Shown piece by piece: positions 8,658 through 17,365 of a DNA stretch of 32,398 bases. The first letter of the stretch is position 1; each line of letters starts with the position of its first letter. Under the pieces are notes generated by a model that did no database searches, was not told the DNA's origin, and saw only the letters and a list, made by a program, of their open reading frames with translations. Source of the DNA: a virus (lineage: Duplodnaviria > Caudoviricetes); IMG/VR virus record IMGVR_UViG_3300006029_000036, positions 1 through 32,398 of that record; one strand, written 5' to 3'. A program made the position numbers and the translations under genes.

Positions 8658-9507
8658 ATTAGATACGCTTGTAGAGGATATCTATAAGACTATTGGAGTT
8701 TTATCAGAAGATAAAGCTATAAAGATATCAGACAAAGAATATGAAAAGTTTGGTCAAGATATGGCTGATGCTTTAAAAGGTTGGGCAACTCCTCAACCTA
8801 GACCTAAAAGCGGTTTAAGAATGTCTAATATAGGTAGACCCCTACGTAGATTATGGTATGACTTAAATCTTTCAGACGCACATCAAGAAAAAATAGACCC
8901 ACCTACTTTTATTAAGTTTTTATATGGGCACTTACTTGAGGTTTTACTTTTATTCTTTGTTCGTCTTTCAGGGCATGTTGTGTCAGGAGAACAAAAAGAA
9001 ATATCAGTACAAGGTATTAAAGGACACATGGATTCTATTATAGATGGAGAAGTTATTGATGTTAAAACTGCATCAGGTTATGCCTTTAAGAAATTTAAAG
9101 AAGGTACTCTAGCACAGAACGATAGCTTTGGATATCTCTCACAGTTAGCAGGGTATGAAGAAGCAGAACAAACTTCTAAGGGTGGTTTCTTAGTTATGAA
9201 TAAAGAAACAGGAGAACTAACCACGTTTATACCTGATGATTTAGAGAAACCAAATATTGTACATAAAATAAAATCAGTTAAAAAAGCGATTTCTCTTGAC
9301 AGTCCCCCCGACAGGTGTTATAATGTTATAGCTGAGGGTGTCTCAGGTAATATGAAATTACCTATGGGATGCAACTACTGTCCCCATAAATTTATTTGTT
9401 ACAAAGACTCTAACGAAGGTCAGGGGTTAAGAACTTTTGCTTATGCAAAAGGTAATGTATATTTAACTAAGGTAGAAAAATTACCTAATGTACGAGAAAT
9501 AATATGA
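8623..9507 (+). CDS. PD-(D/E)XK / Cas4-like exonuclease
   Basis: LRMSNIG, GHLLE, GHMD...DVKTAS, QLAGY and C-terminal CNYCPHKFIC; likely start MTKK at 8623. Confidence 0.8.
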   Translation: MTKKQTKKKLPKLDTLVEDIYKTIGVLSEDKAIKISDKEYEKFGQDMADALKGWATPQPRPKSGLRMSNIGRPLRRLWYDLNLSDAHQEKIDPPTFIKFLYGHLLEVLLLFFVRLSGHVVSGEQKEISVQGIKGHMDSIIDGEVIDVKTASGYAFKKFKEGTLAQNDSFGYLSQLAGYEEAEQTSKGGFLVMNKETGELTTFIPDDLEKPNIVHKIKSVKKAISLDSPPDRCYNVIAEGVSGNMKLPMGCNYCPHKFICYKDSNEGQGLRTFAYAKGNVYLTKVEKLPNVREII

Positions 9508-9740
9508 ATGGTAGACAAGCTAAGAAATTAAGAAGACAAGCTAAAGACTTAACAGTTGAATGGTTACAATCTTTACTGCCTGAGGATGAAGCAGAAAAGA
9601 TAACAACACAAAACTTTAAAGACTATATGCCTGAACAAACTCATGTGTTTGCTAATAAAAAAATTATGCTTTCTTCTTTTTCTCATAAGTGGTTTAATAA
9701 AAAATTAAAAAAGGAATTTTATGAAACGAGGTTATCGTAA
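9504..9740 (+). CDS. hypothetical basic protein
   Basis: 78-aa ORF, ATGA-coupled. Confidence 0.65.
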   Translation: MNGRQAKKLRRQAKDLTVEWLQSLLPEDEAEKITTQNFKDYMPEQTHVFANKKIMLSSFSHKWFNKKLKKEFYETRLS

Positions 9741-10152
9741 GCCACGAAAAATTCGACCTACTGAAAAGAATATACCTAAGGGTTATGACTCAGGGTGGGA
9801 GTATAAACTTCACACTAATGTTTTAACTAAGTGGTCACATCATTCAGATAAAATTTCTTATGTTGTAGAGCATACATATGAGCCTGACTTTACAAAAGTT
9901 ATTAATGGTGTAGAATATTTACTAGAAGCTAAAGGTAGGTTTTGGGATTATCAAGAATACAATAAGTATGTTTGGATACGTAAATGTCTTAAAGATAATC
10001 AGGAGTTAGTCTTTTTGTTTTCTAGCCCTAGTTCTCCTATGCCTCAAGCTAAAAGAAGAAAAGACGGAACTAAAAGAAGCCATGCAGAGTGGGCAGAAAA
10101 AAATAATTTTAGGTGGTACTCTGAACACACACTACCTAAAGACTGGATATAA
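9721..10152 (+). CDS. endonuclease I-like (T7 gp3-type) nuclease / resolvase
   Basis: YDSGWE...YEPDF...LEAKGRF...WAEKNNFRW. Confidence 0.75.
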   Translation: MKRGYRKPRKIRPTEKNIPKGYDSGWEYKLHTNVLTKWSHHSDKISYVVEHTYEPDFTKVINGVEYLLEAKGRFWDYQEYNKYVWIRKCLKDNQELVFLFSSPSSPMPQAKRRKDGTKRSHAEWAEKNNFRWYSEHTLPKDWI

Positions 10153-10154
10153 AT

Positions 10155-10421
10155 ATGGAATATAAATTTGACGAGAGTATAAACCTACATGGTGTTAAAC
10201 AATACATTGATAGCACCTATACACAACACTATGCTCATTCTAAATATCAAGCAACTGATATGATTATAGATGCAGGACATGGTGAAGGTTTTTGTATAGG
10301 TAACATCATGAAGTATGCTATGAGGTATGGTAAAAAGAATGGTAAGTCTGATGCAGACCTACTTAAAATTATACACTATGCATTGATTGCACTACACTTA
10401 AACGACAAGGAGAAGGAGTAA
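10155..10421 (+). CDS. DUF3310 family protein (T7 gp1.7-like putative nucleotide kinase)
   Basis: HY...GFCIGNIMKYAMRYGKKNG...DLLKIIHY. Confidence 0.75.
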   Translation: MEYKFDESINLHGVKQYIDSTYTQHYAHSKYQATDMIIDAGHGEGFCIGNIMKYAMRYGKKNGKSDADLLKIIHYALIALHLNDKEKE

Positions 10422-12313
10422 TGGTCGAAGACAAGGTTGGTCAGAAAGAATACTTAGGTATTAAAATAGACTACAACAAAGAAAACAAATTAAATAAATT
10501 TAGTTTAGATACTCTAAAGGATAGGTATCTTTATGAAGCATCAGGAGAAACACATGCACAAGAAGCATTCGCAAGAGCCTCAGTCTTTGGAGCAACCTTC
10601 AAAGGGGTCACAGATTTTCAGTTGGCTCAGAGACTTTATCAGTACAGTTCCGACTTATGGTTCATGTTTAGCACTCCTATTCTTAGCAATGGGGGAACTA
10701 ATCGGGGTTTACCTATTAGCTGTTTTCTCAATTACGTACCTGATAGTCGTAATGGGTTATCTGCTCACTATGATGAAAACATATGGCTCGCAAGTTCAGG
10801 TGGAGGTATTGGTGGATATTGGGGAGATATTAGGAGTAATGGCATCGCTACTGCTAACAATAGTCGTTCTACTGGTTCAATTCCATTCATGAAGGTAGTT
10901 GACTCTCAGATGTTAGCATTTAATCAGGGAGTTACAAGAAGAGGAAGTTATGCTTCATACATGGATATCAACCACCCTGAGATAGAAGAGTTTATAAACA
11001 TACGCAAAGAGTCAGGTGGAGACATTAATCGAAAATGTCTTAACATACACAACGGAGTTAATCTTACCAATGAGTTTTTACAAGCAGTTCAGGAAGACAA
11101 TGACTGGAGATTAATAGACCCTAAGACAGGCGAAGCAGTTAAGACTGTTAATGCTAGAGATTTATGGTGGCAAATAATAAATGCTAGAGCAGAAACAGGT
11201 GAGCCTTATATGATTAATATAGATACTTGTAATGAGGCATTACCGAAAGAACAAAAAGCTTTGGGCTTAGATATTAAACAAAGCAATCTTTGTTCTGAAA
11301 TAACTTTACCAACCAATGAAGAAAGAACCGCAGTCTGTTGTTTATCAAGTGTTAATTTAGAACACTATGATGAATGGTCAACAGATGAAAACTTTATAAA
11401 AGATTTAATTACTATGTTGGATAATGTCATTCAACATTTTATAGACAATGCAATAGATACTACAGAATTAGGAGACTACAATGCTAACTTTAAAAGATTT
11501 AAAAATCATATACGAGAAGGGAAAGAAGGCTTTACGAAGTCTAGCTTCTCAGCTTATAGAGAAAGGTCGCTTGGCTTGGGAGCAATGGGCTTCCATGCCT
11601 ATCTTCAAAAAAATAATCTTCCGTTTGAAGGAATCTTTGCAACAGGATTTAACAACAAAGCTTTTAACCATATTAAAAGTAAGTCCGTGGATGCAAGTAA
11701 AGTTCTTGCGGAGACTCGTGGGGAAGCTCCTGATATTAGTGGTTCAGGTATGCGTAACGCTCACCTTTTGGCTATTGCTCCTAATGCCAGTAGTAGTATT
11801 ATATGTGGCGGTACTTCCCCTAGCATTGAACCATATCGTGCGAACATATTTACACACAAAACTTTATCAGGTTCGTACCAAGTTAAAAATAAATACTTAG
11901 ATAAAATAATCTCTAAGAAAAAAGGAAACAAAACAAATATTTGGAAAGATATTACTGCGAACAAAGGTTCTATACAAAGTATGGATATCTTTACAGATAA
12001 AGAAAAAGAAGTATTTAAAACTGCGGATGAACTAAATCAAATTTGGATTGTTGAACATGCCCACATGAGACAACAGTATGTTTGTCAAAGTCAAAGTGTT
12101 AATTTATTTTTTGTAGCTCCTAAGGCTACAGAGACTCAAGAAGTACACGATAACTATTTACAATATCTTAATGATGTCCATTGGTATGCAATGCATAAAC
12201 TAAAATCTTTATATTACTTTAGGTCAGAGTCAGCACGAGACGCAGAAAATGTAAACATTAAGATACCACGAATTAATTTAGAAGACACAGAATGTATAGC
12301 CTGTGAAGGATAA
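10421..12313 (+). CDS. nrdA: ribonucleotide reductase class I alpha subunit
   Basis: STPILSN, PISCF, QGVTRRG, SNLCSEI, VCCLSS, APNASSS, SLYYFR, C-terminal CIAC; no ATP cone. Confidence 0.95.
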   Translation: MVEDKVGQKEYLGIKIDYNKENKLNKFSLDTLKDRYLYEASGETHAQEAFARASVFGATFKGVTDFQLAQRLYQYSSDLWFMFSTPILSNGGTNRGLPISCFLNYVPDSRNGLSAHYDENIWLASSGGGIGGYWGDIRSNGIATANNSRSTGSIPFMKVVDSQMLAFNQGVTRRGSYASYMDINHPEIEEFINIRKESGGDINRKCLNIHNGVNLTNEFLQAVQEDNDWRLIDPKTGEAVKTVNARDLWWQIINARAETGEPYMINIDTCNEALPKEQKALGLDIKQSNLCSEITLPTNEERTAVCCLSSVNLEHYDEWSTDENFIKDLITMLDNVIQHFIDNAIDTTELGDYNANFKRFKNHIREGKEGFTKSSFSAYRERSLGLGAMGFHAYLQKNNLPFEGIFATGFNNKAFNHIKSKSVDASKVLAETRGEAPDISGSGMRNAHLLAIAPNASSSIICGGTSPSIEPYRANIFTHKTLSGSYQVKNKYLDKIISKKKGNKTNIWKDITANKGSIQSMDIFTDKEKEVFKTADELNQIWIVEHAHMRQQYVCQSQSVNLFFVAPKATETQEVHDNYLQYLNDVHWYAMHKLKSLYYFRSESARDAENVNIKIPRINLEDTECIACEG

Positions 12314-12316
12314 AAT

Positions 12317-12538
12317 ATGAAAGAAGATAAATTTGATAGAATGTATGAAAGTAGATTTAATGCTCTACAAAAAAAGTACGAAGCTGAGATAGCTATAGCA
12401 AAAACTGAATTAGATACGTACTTAGAACTAAGTGTGGGAGTAGCAGAACATCCACATTTAATAGAGTCTATGGATTTGCTATTAGAAAAAATGGCAACTG
12501 CTCAAGAGAAGTTAGACTTGCTTCTTAAGGAGTTTTAA
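12317..12538 (+). CDS. hypothetical phage protein
   Basis: Helical 73-aa ORF with VGVAEHP core; AAGGA RBS. Confidence 0.7.
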   Translation: MKEDKFDRMYESRFNALQKKYEAEIAIAKTELDTYLELSVGVAEHPHLIESMDLLLEKMATAQEKLDLLLKEF

Positions 12539-12696
12539 TGTCTAATACGTTTAGTTCATTTTGTAGGAGAATGTGGTTAGACCATTGTGATGAAAATAAA
12601 ACACCATACTCTACAACATATACAGAACAAGAATATAAAAAAGAATTTAACAAATGGCTACTTGAAAAGTATGCTAAAGAACAGGAAAAAATATGA
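12538..12696 (+). CDS. small hypothetical protein (52 aa, not in ORF track)
   Basis: MSNTFSSFCRRMWLDHCDENKTPYSTTYTEQEYKKEFNKWLLEKYAKEQEKI; AAGGAG RBS, TAATG and ATGA overlaps. Confidence 0.7.
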   Translation: MSNTFSSFCRRMWLDHCDENKTPYSTTYTEQEYKKEFNKWLLEKYAKEQEKI

Positions 12697-13682
12697 GCCT
12701 ATTAAGCACTAGAAATTATTACAAACCTTTTGAGTACCCGTGGATGTACGATTACTTTAAATTACAAAATCAAATGCATTGGATGACTGAGTCTGTTCCT
12801 TTACACACAGATGTAAAAGACTGGCAAGATATATCACCTGCAGAAAAAAACTTATTGACACAAATCTTTAGACTATTTACTCAATCAGATGTAGATGTAG
12901 CTTCGGGGTACATAGATAAATATATGCCTATGTTTAAAAAACCTGAAGCTAGAATGATGATGGGTTCATTTATAAATATGGAAGGTATACATCAAGATGC
13001 TTACAGTATTCTTCTTGATACAGTAGGTATGCCTGAAATAGAATACAAAGCTTTTGCAGAGTATGAAGAGATGTCAGCAAAGCATGACTATGTTTCTACA
13101 TTTAAACCACGTAAGAATGATAAAAGAACTATTGCAAAAACACTTGCAGTATACTCAGCTTTTACAGAAGGCTTACAACTCTTTAGTAGCTTTGCAATCC
13201 TGTTAAACTTTCCTAGATTTGGAAAGATGAAAGGCATGGGGCAGATAGTTACCTACTCTATACGTGACGAGTCTATGCATGTTGAAGCTATGACTAAATT
13301 ATTTAGAGAGTTTATAAAAGAAAACTTAGACATATGGACAGATGATTTTAAAGGAGAGCTTTATCAAATCTGTAGAGAAATGGTAGAGTTAGAAGATAAA
13401 TTTCTTGATTTAGTATTTGAAATGGGAGACTTACAAGGTCTTACAAAGAAAGATATGTATGCCTACAATAGATATATAGCTGATAGAAGATTACTACAGC
13501 TAGGATTAAAAACAAATTATGACCAACGAGAAAATCCTTTGGGTTGGATTGATGAAGTAATGGGTGTCGAACACCAAAATTTCTTTGAAGGTCGAGCAAC
13601 ATCCTACATGAAAGCAGGGCTTCGTGGTAAACAGGACGTTGTAAACTTTACGGAGATAAATAATGAAAGCATCGGAAGCTAA
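12693..13682 (+). CDS. nrdB: ribonucleotide reductase class I beta subunit
   Basis: FTQSD, EGIHQDAY (metal ligands plus radical Tyr), TEGLQLFSSF, RDESMH, NFFE. Confidence 0.95.
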   Translation: MSLLSTRNYYKPFEYPWMYDYFKLQNQMHWMTESVPLHTDVKDWQDISPAEKNLLTQIFRLFTQSDVDVASGYIDKYMPMFKKPEARMMMGSFINMEGIHQDAYSILLDTVGMPEIEYKAFAEYEEMSAKHDYVSTFKPRKNDKRTIAKTLAVYSAFTEGLQLFSSFAILLNFPRFGKMKGMGQIVTYSIRDESMHVEAMTKLFREFIKENLDIWTDDFKGELYQICREMVELEDKFLDLVFEMGDLQGLTKKDMYAYNRYIADRRLLQLGLKTNYDQRENPLGWIDEVMGVEHQNFFEGRATSYMKAGLRGKQDVVNFTEINNESIGS

Positions 13683-13875
13683 TCTTATTAGTTGGAAGTT
13701 AGTTATTGATTCTGATAACAAATTAGTTACAGAAATATCTAGTTTCCCTGAGGAAGAAATACATAGATTTCAAAAAGATGATAGACTTGTTATACTAAAA
13801 GCAATAAAAGAAGCTAAACTAGCTTTAGAACCTCTACATAAAAATATAGAAGTTCAGTTAGATGCTACCTTTTAA
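13663..13875 (+). CDS. hypothetical protein, last gene of the + arm
   Basis: 70-aa ORF with GGAG RBS. Confidence 0.65.
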   Translation: MKASEANLISWKLVIDSDNKLVTEISSFPEEEIHRFQKDDRLVILKAIKEAKLALEPLHKNIEVQLDATF

Positions 13876-15629
13876 AGTATAGTATTTATTCTAAGAGGAA
13901 TGGATTTACCTTTTACAGGAATGGGTGTAAGAACTTCAAACGAATTGGAACATTTTTGAATTGTTTGTTTAGTTATTAAAAGGTTATGTCCTGCTTCTTT
14001 ACAAGCTGATTCAGTTCTAGCTGCAGTATTAACTGCATCACCTATTGCTGTGTAATCAAAACGGGTATCACTTCCCATGTTACCAACCACAGCTTCTCCA
14101 CTATTAATACCAATCCCAATAGTTATCGAGGGTAATCCTTCTTTTTCTAACTCATCATTTAAAAATAACATTCCTTCCTGCATGTCTAATGCACAGTCTA
14201 CTGCTCGTTGCTCATGATTATCTAAGTCTAATGGTGCATTAAATATAGCCATCATTGCGTCCCCTATATATTTATCTACCATTCCACCATATTTCTGAAC
14301 TGATTTCTGTTGTACAGTTAAAGCTTTATTCATTACTAAAGCAACTTCTTCAGGCTCTAAGTTCTCTGACATAGCCGTGAAACCTCTAACATCTGTAAAC
14401 AAAAATGTACAGTACCTTTTTTCTCCACCTAGTTTTAAAAGTTTCGGATTGTCCTGCAATCTTTTTATTTGAGCAGGGTCAAGGTAGTGTTCAAACTGTT
14501 TCTTTATTTGTTGCCTTAGTTTAAATTGTTTTCTAAAGTTTAAATAGAATTGTTGGGTTGCAACAAAGAGCATCCCTACTAAAGACCACGTAACATCTAT
14601 CAAATAATTTAATCCAATAAGATGCAGTCCCAAGTAGCCTACAGAAGACATTGCAAAAAAGACTGCGACTACCCCACTAGTCATACCTAGAAAGTTTATT
14701 AGAAACGCAATACAGAGCCCTGAGAGGCATAATAGTAACAGTTCTATGACTAGATAGTAATCAGGTATCTGAGGTGTTGGTAGCAAGATAGATTCTGCTA
14801 GTGCTGTTTGTATCTTATGAGGTTCTAATAAGCCTGTTGGAGTGGCTAGTTGAGGCATGATACCCTTTGCAGTAAAGCCCACAAAAACAAACTTACCTTC
14901 TACATTCATTTCTTTTAAAGTTGTTTGAGGTGTATCAACCCAACTAATCCATTTACGACCAAGACTATCAGTCGGTATAGGAGGTAGTCCTCTAACTCTT
15001 ATCATCTCTATGCCATTTTCATTGGTTACTATTTGATAAGTATTACCTCCACCTAAAATCTTTAGAACCTCTGTGCCAAAAGAAGCGACCCAACCATTCG
15101 GAGTCTGTTGTAAAAGAGGTAGTTGTCTTACTAAATTATCTACATCTACGTTTGCTGATATAGCTCCTTGACTTGCAGAGTCTTTTAAGACTTCAATGTT
15201 CTCTAAAAATCCTGATGCTTTAGGCAAAGAAACCTCAATGCCCTTTATTACTGTACCATGGGTAGCGGGGTAAAACGCATTATTAACTTCAGGCATTCCT
15301 ATGACAGAGGGAGAACTTTGTAAAGCCTTGGCAAACGCATCATCCCCTCCTAATCTATCAGGATGTGGGAACAACATAACCCACCCTACACCTATAGCTC
15401 CTTTCTCCAGTAACTTTGTATGTATGTTTGCTAAACTTTCTCTTGGTAAAGGATAACCTCCTTCTGCATCTAAATCTTCTTCCGTAATATTTAAAATACT
15501 AAAGTAACCTGTTGGGTCAGGAGTCTCTATAAAAGCATCAAAGGTTTTTAGTTTAAGTATTTGTAAAGGAACTGCATTAAACAATAAGGGAAGAGTCAAC
15601 AAGCCAATTAAAGGTAAAGACCATTTCAT
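13872..15629 (-). CDS. CHASE2-domain membrane adenylate cyclase (class III)
   Basis: N-terminal TM; CHASE2-like region (ITEEDL..GGYPLPR, DDAFAKAL, DVDNLVRQLPL, VFVG, TPTG); 3 TM helices; cyclase motifs FTDVRGFT, DKYIGDAMM, GIGINSG, DYTAIGDAVNTAAR. Confidence 0.9.
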   Translation of the reverse strand: MKWSLPLIGLLTLPLLFNAVPLQILKLKTFDAFIETPDPTGYFSILNITEEDLDAEGGYPLPRESLANIHTKLLEKGAIGVGWVMLFPHPDRLGGDDAFAKALQSSPSVIGMPEVNNAFYPATHGTVIKGIEVSLPKASGFLENIEVLKDSASQGAISANVDVDNLVRQLPLLQQTPNGWVASFGTEVLKILGGGNTYQIVTNENGIEMIRVRGLPPIPTDSLGRKWISWVDTPQTTLKEMNVEGKFVFVGFTAKGIMPQLATPTGLLEPHKIQTALAESILLPTPQIPDYYLVIELLLLCLSGLCIAFLINFLGMTSGVVAVFFAMSSVGYLGLHLIGLNYLIDVTWSLVGMLFVATQQFYLNFRKQFKLRQQIKKQFEHYLDPAQIKRLQDNPKLLKLGGEKRYCTFLFTDVRGFTAMSENLEPEEVALVMNKALTVQQKSVQKYGGMVDKYIGDAMMAIFNAPLDLDNHEQRAVDCALDMQEGMLFLNDELEKEGLPSITIGIGINSGEAVVGNMGSDTRFDYTAIGDAVNTAARTESACKEAGHNLLITKQTIQKCSNSFEVLTPIPVKGKSIPLRINTIL

Positions 15630-15630
15630 A

Positions 15631-16740
15631 TTAGTTTCCTTGTGTTATAGTAATTTGTGACGAGCCTCCTCCGTTTACAACTATCTGTGTACTCTTGCCA
15701 TTCTGTACTAAGATAAAGGTATAGGAGTTGCTTTTGTCTAAGTCTAATCTTACTGTATCTTCTAAAGATTTATAAAAAGTAATAACTGAATCTGTCATAA
15801 AGGTATTGATTTGAGTTTCTGCATCAAAACCAAAGGTCGTTCCTTTTAAATCTATGTCAGCTTTTAAAAGTGTCTTGGTTGTATCTAGTTCATTTACTTC
15901 TTCAATAACATTTAAAAGGTCTTCCAAAAAATTTACATCTAAATAGTTTATATCTAACTCGGTAAACTCTAGTTCATCCTCTTCTAAGTAATCTTTTTCT
16001 AACTCTTCAAACTCTAAGTAGTCTATATCTAATAGATTGTCGGTTTTTACTTCTGCAGAACTAGACTCTAAACCTTGTACTTCTCGTGGAGCACTTACTA
16101 TTAACATGTTGTCTATAAGCTCTAGAGTTAAATCAAGGATTACAGGATTACTAGGCGAAGTTTCAAACATCGAAACTGTTGTAGCTTGATAGGGTTTGTT
16201 TAGAATTACTTGCCCCATAGCAGTACTGACCACTATCTCTCCAGATGGTAGTCCGTCTTCTTTGGGTAATAAAATAATTAAAGACCTTCCTAATTCATCT
16301 ACAGTTACTGTAAAATCAGTACCTCTTATTCCTACTGTTGCAGAAGGAGTTTGAATTAAAATGTTTTCTTTTTTAATTGTAGACAGTTTACCAGTAATAA
16401 AACGTGCTGTTCCACTAGCAAACTGTAAAGCCATCTTAGATTTAGATGGGTCAGGGTCATAGATAAATTCATCTATAATTAATTCTGAATGCTCAGTCAA
16501 ACGAACTTGACTGTCATCTAGAAATGTAATGCCTAATCTTCCATTAGACGTTTGTACATTATCGTAACTATCTATATTAAAAGCTAGGGTAGCATTGTAA
16601 GCATCGTCTCTTACAACTCTACCCGAACCTTCTAGTTCTGTTATGCTTCCAATATCAGCAAGAAGTGGACAAGCCACCATCAGACTGAACCACACAGACT
16701 GTCCCGTTACTACCTGTCGAATTGATTCTAAGCCAATCAT
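15631..16740 (-). CDS. FecR-domain periplasmic protein
   Basis: IGSITELEG, DNVQT..GRLGITFLDDSQVRLTEHSELII, GTARF, TPSATVGIRGTDFTV; acidic linker and beta-rich C-terminus; start uncertain. Confidence 0.8.
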   Translation of the reverse strand: MIGLESIRQVVTGQSVWFSLMVACPLLADIGSITELEGSGRVVRDDAYNATLAFNIDSYDNVQTSNGRLGITFLDDSQVRLTEHSELIIDEFIYDPDPSKSKMALQFASGTARFITGKLSTIKKENILIQTPSATVGIRGTDFTVTVDELGRSLIILLPKEDGLPSGEIVVSTAMGQVILNKPYQATTVSMFETSPSNPVILDLTLELIDNMLIVSAPREVQGLESSSAEVKTDNLLDIDYLEFEELEKDYLEEDELEFTELDINYLDVNFLEDLLNVIEEVNELDTTKTLLKADIDLKGTTFGFDAETQINTFMTDSVITFYKSLEDTVRLDLDKSNSYTFILVQNGKSTQIVVNGGGSSQITITQGN

Positions 16741-17365
16741 TATCTAATGTACTCTGTTGGTCAATATTAAATGTTCTTGAGCTACCTGTTTGGTCTAAGT
16801 AAAAGTAACCACCTGCGTAACCATCACCATCAAAAGTTACATTGTTTGAATCACCATCTATATCTACATAGCTTGTACCTGAATCATAATCAATATCAAA
16901 GTTTAGTGTATTACTATCTCCTTGTATTATCCAATCTAAATCAGTTGTACTTGCCATGGCTACAGTTGCTAAGTCTAAAGTAAAATTGTTACTTGTACCT
17001 GTTACATCTACATTTAAGTTTGAACTATCAGCCCCATATGTATTTGATGGGTCAACCTGTATATTAAACGTGTTACTATCTCCATCAAACTCAAAGAAGC
17101 CTGTCAAACTATCAGCCAGAATATCTCCAAGAAATTTATTTGAGTCACCTATTTGATTTATGTCTAGTGTCATTCCTGTACCATCTAAATCTAAAGGAGT
17201 CATTGTCCCTGCAACTGCATCAGTACCACCAATAATGTTACCTGAACCTAACTGCTCTAAATCTATATTAGCTGTAGCACCTGACTGGTCAACGTATATT
17301 TCGTTATCAGCCCCGAATGCCCACGCACTCACCACAATCAATAGGCTTAATGTTATTTTCTTCAT
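16655..17365 (-). CDS. secreted curlin-like (CsgA/CsgB-like) beta-repeat protein
   Basis: Sec signal (MKKITLSLLIVVSAWAFGA), then repeats ending in QLGSGN, QIGDSN, FDGDSN, VTGTSN, IQGDSN, IDGDSN, QTGSSR; adjacent to csgG. Confidence 0.65.
   Translation of the reverse strand: MKKITLSLLIVVSAWAFGADNEIYVDQSGATANIDLEQLGSGNIIGGTDAVAGTMTPLDLDGTGMTLDINQIGDSNKFLGDILADSLTGFFEFDGDSNTFNIQVDPSNTYGADSSNLNVDVTGTSNNFTLDLATVAMASTTDLDWIIQGDSNTLNFDIDYDSGTSYVDIDGDSNNVTFDGDGYAGGYFYLDQTGSSRTFNIDQQSTLDNDWLRINSTGSNGTVCVVQSDGGLSTSC

Noticed and set aside
8623-9507. Cas4-like gene as evidence of CRISPR-Cas
   Set aside because: No cas1/cas2 or array; solo Cas4-like exonucleases are normal in phage replication modules
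10533-11900. Alternate-frame ORFs 10533-10892 and 11481-11900 inside nrdA
   Set aside because: Fully nested in a conserved gene, with no recognisable motifs; likely shadow ORFs
13872-15629. Cyclase as a Pycsar/CBASS-type defence enzyme
   Set aside because: It is a CHASE2 membrane receptor with adenine-specifying residues and has no adjacent cNMP-binding or TIR effector
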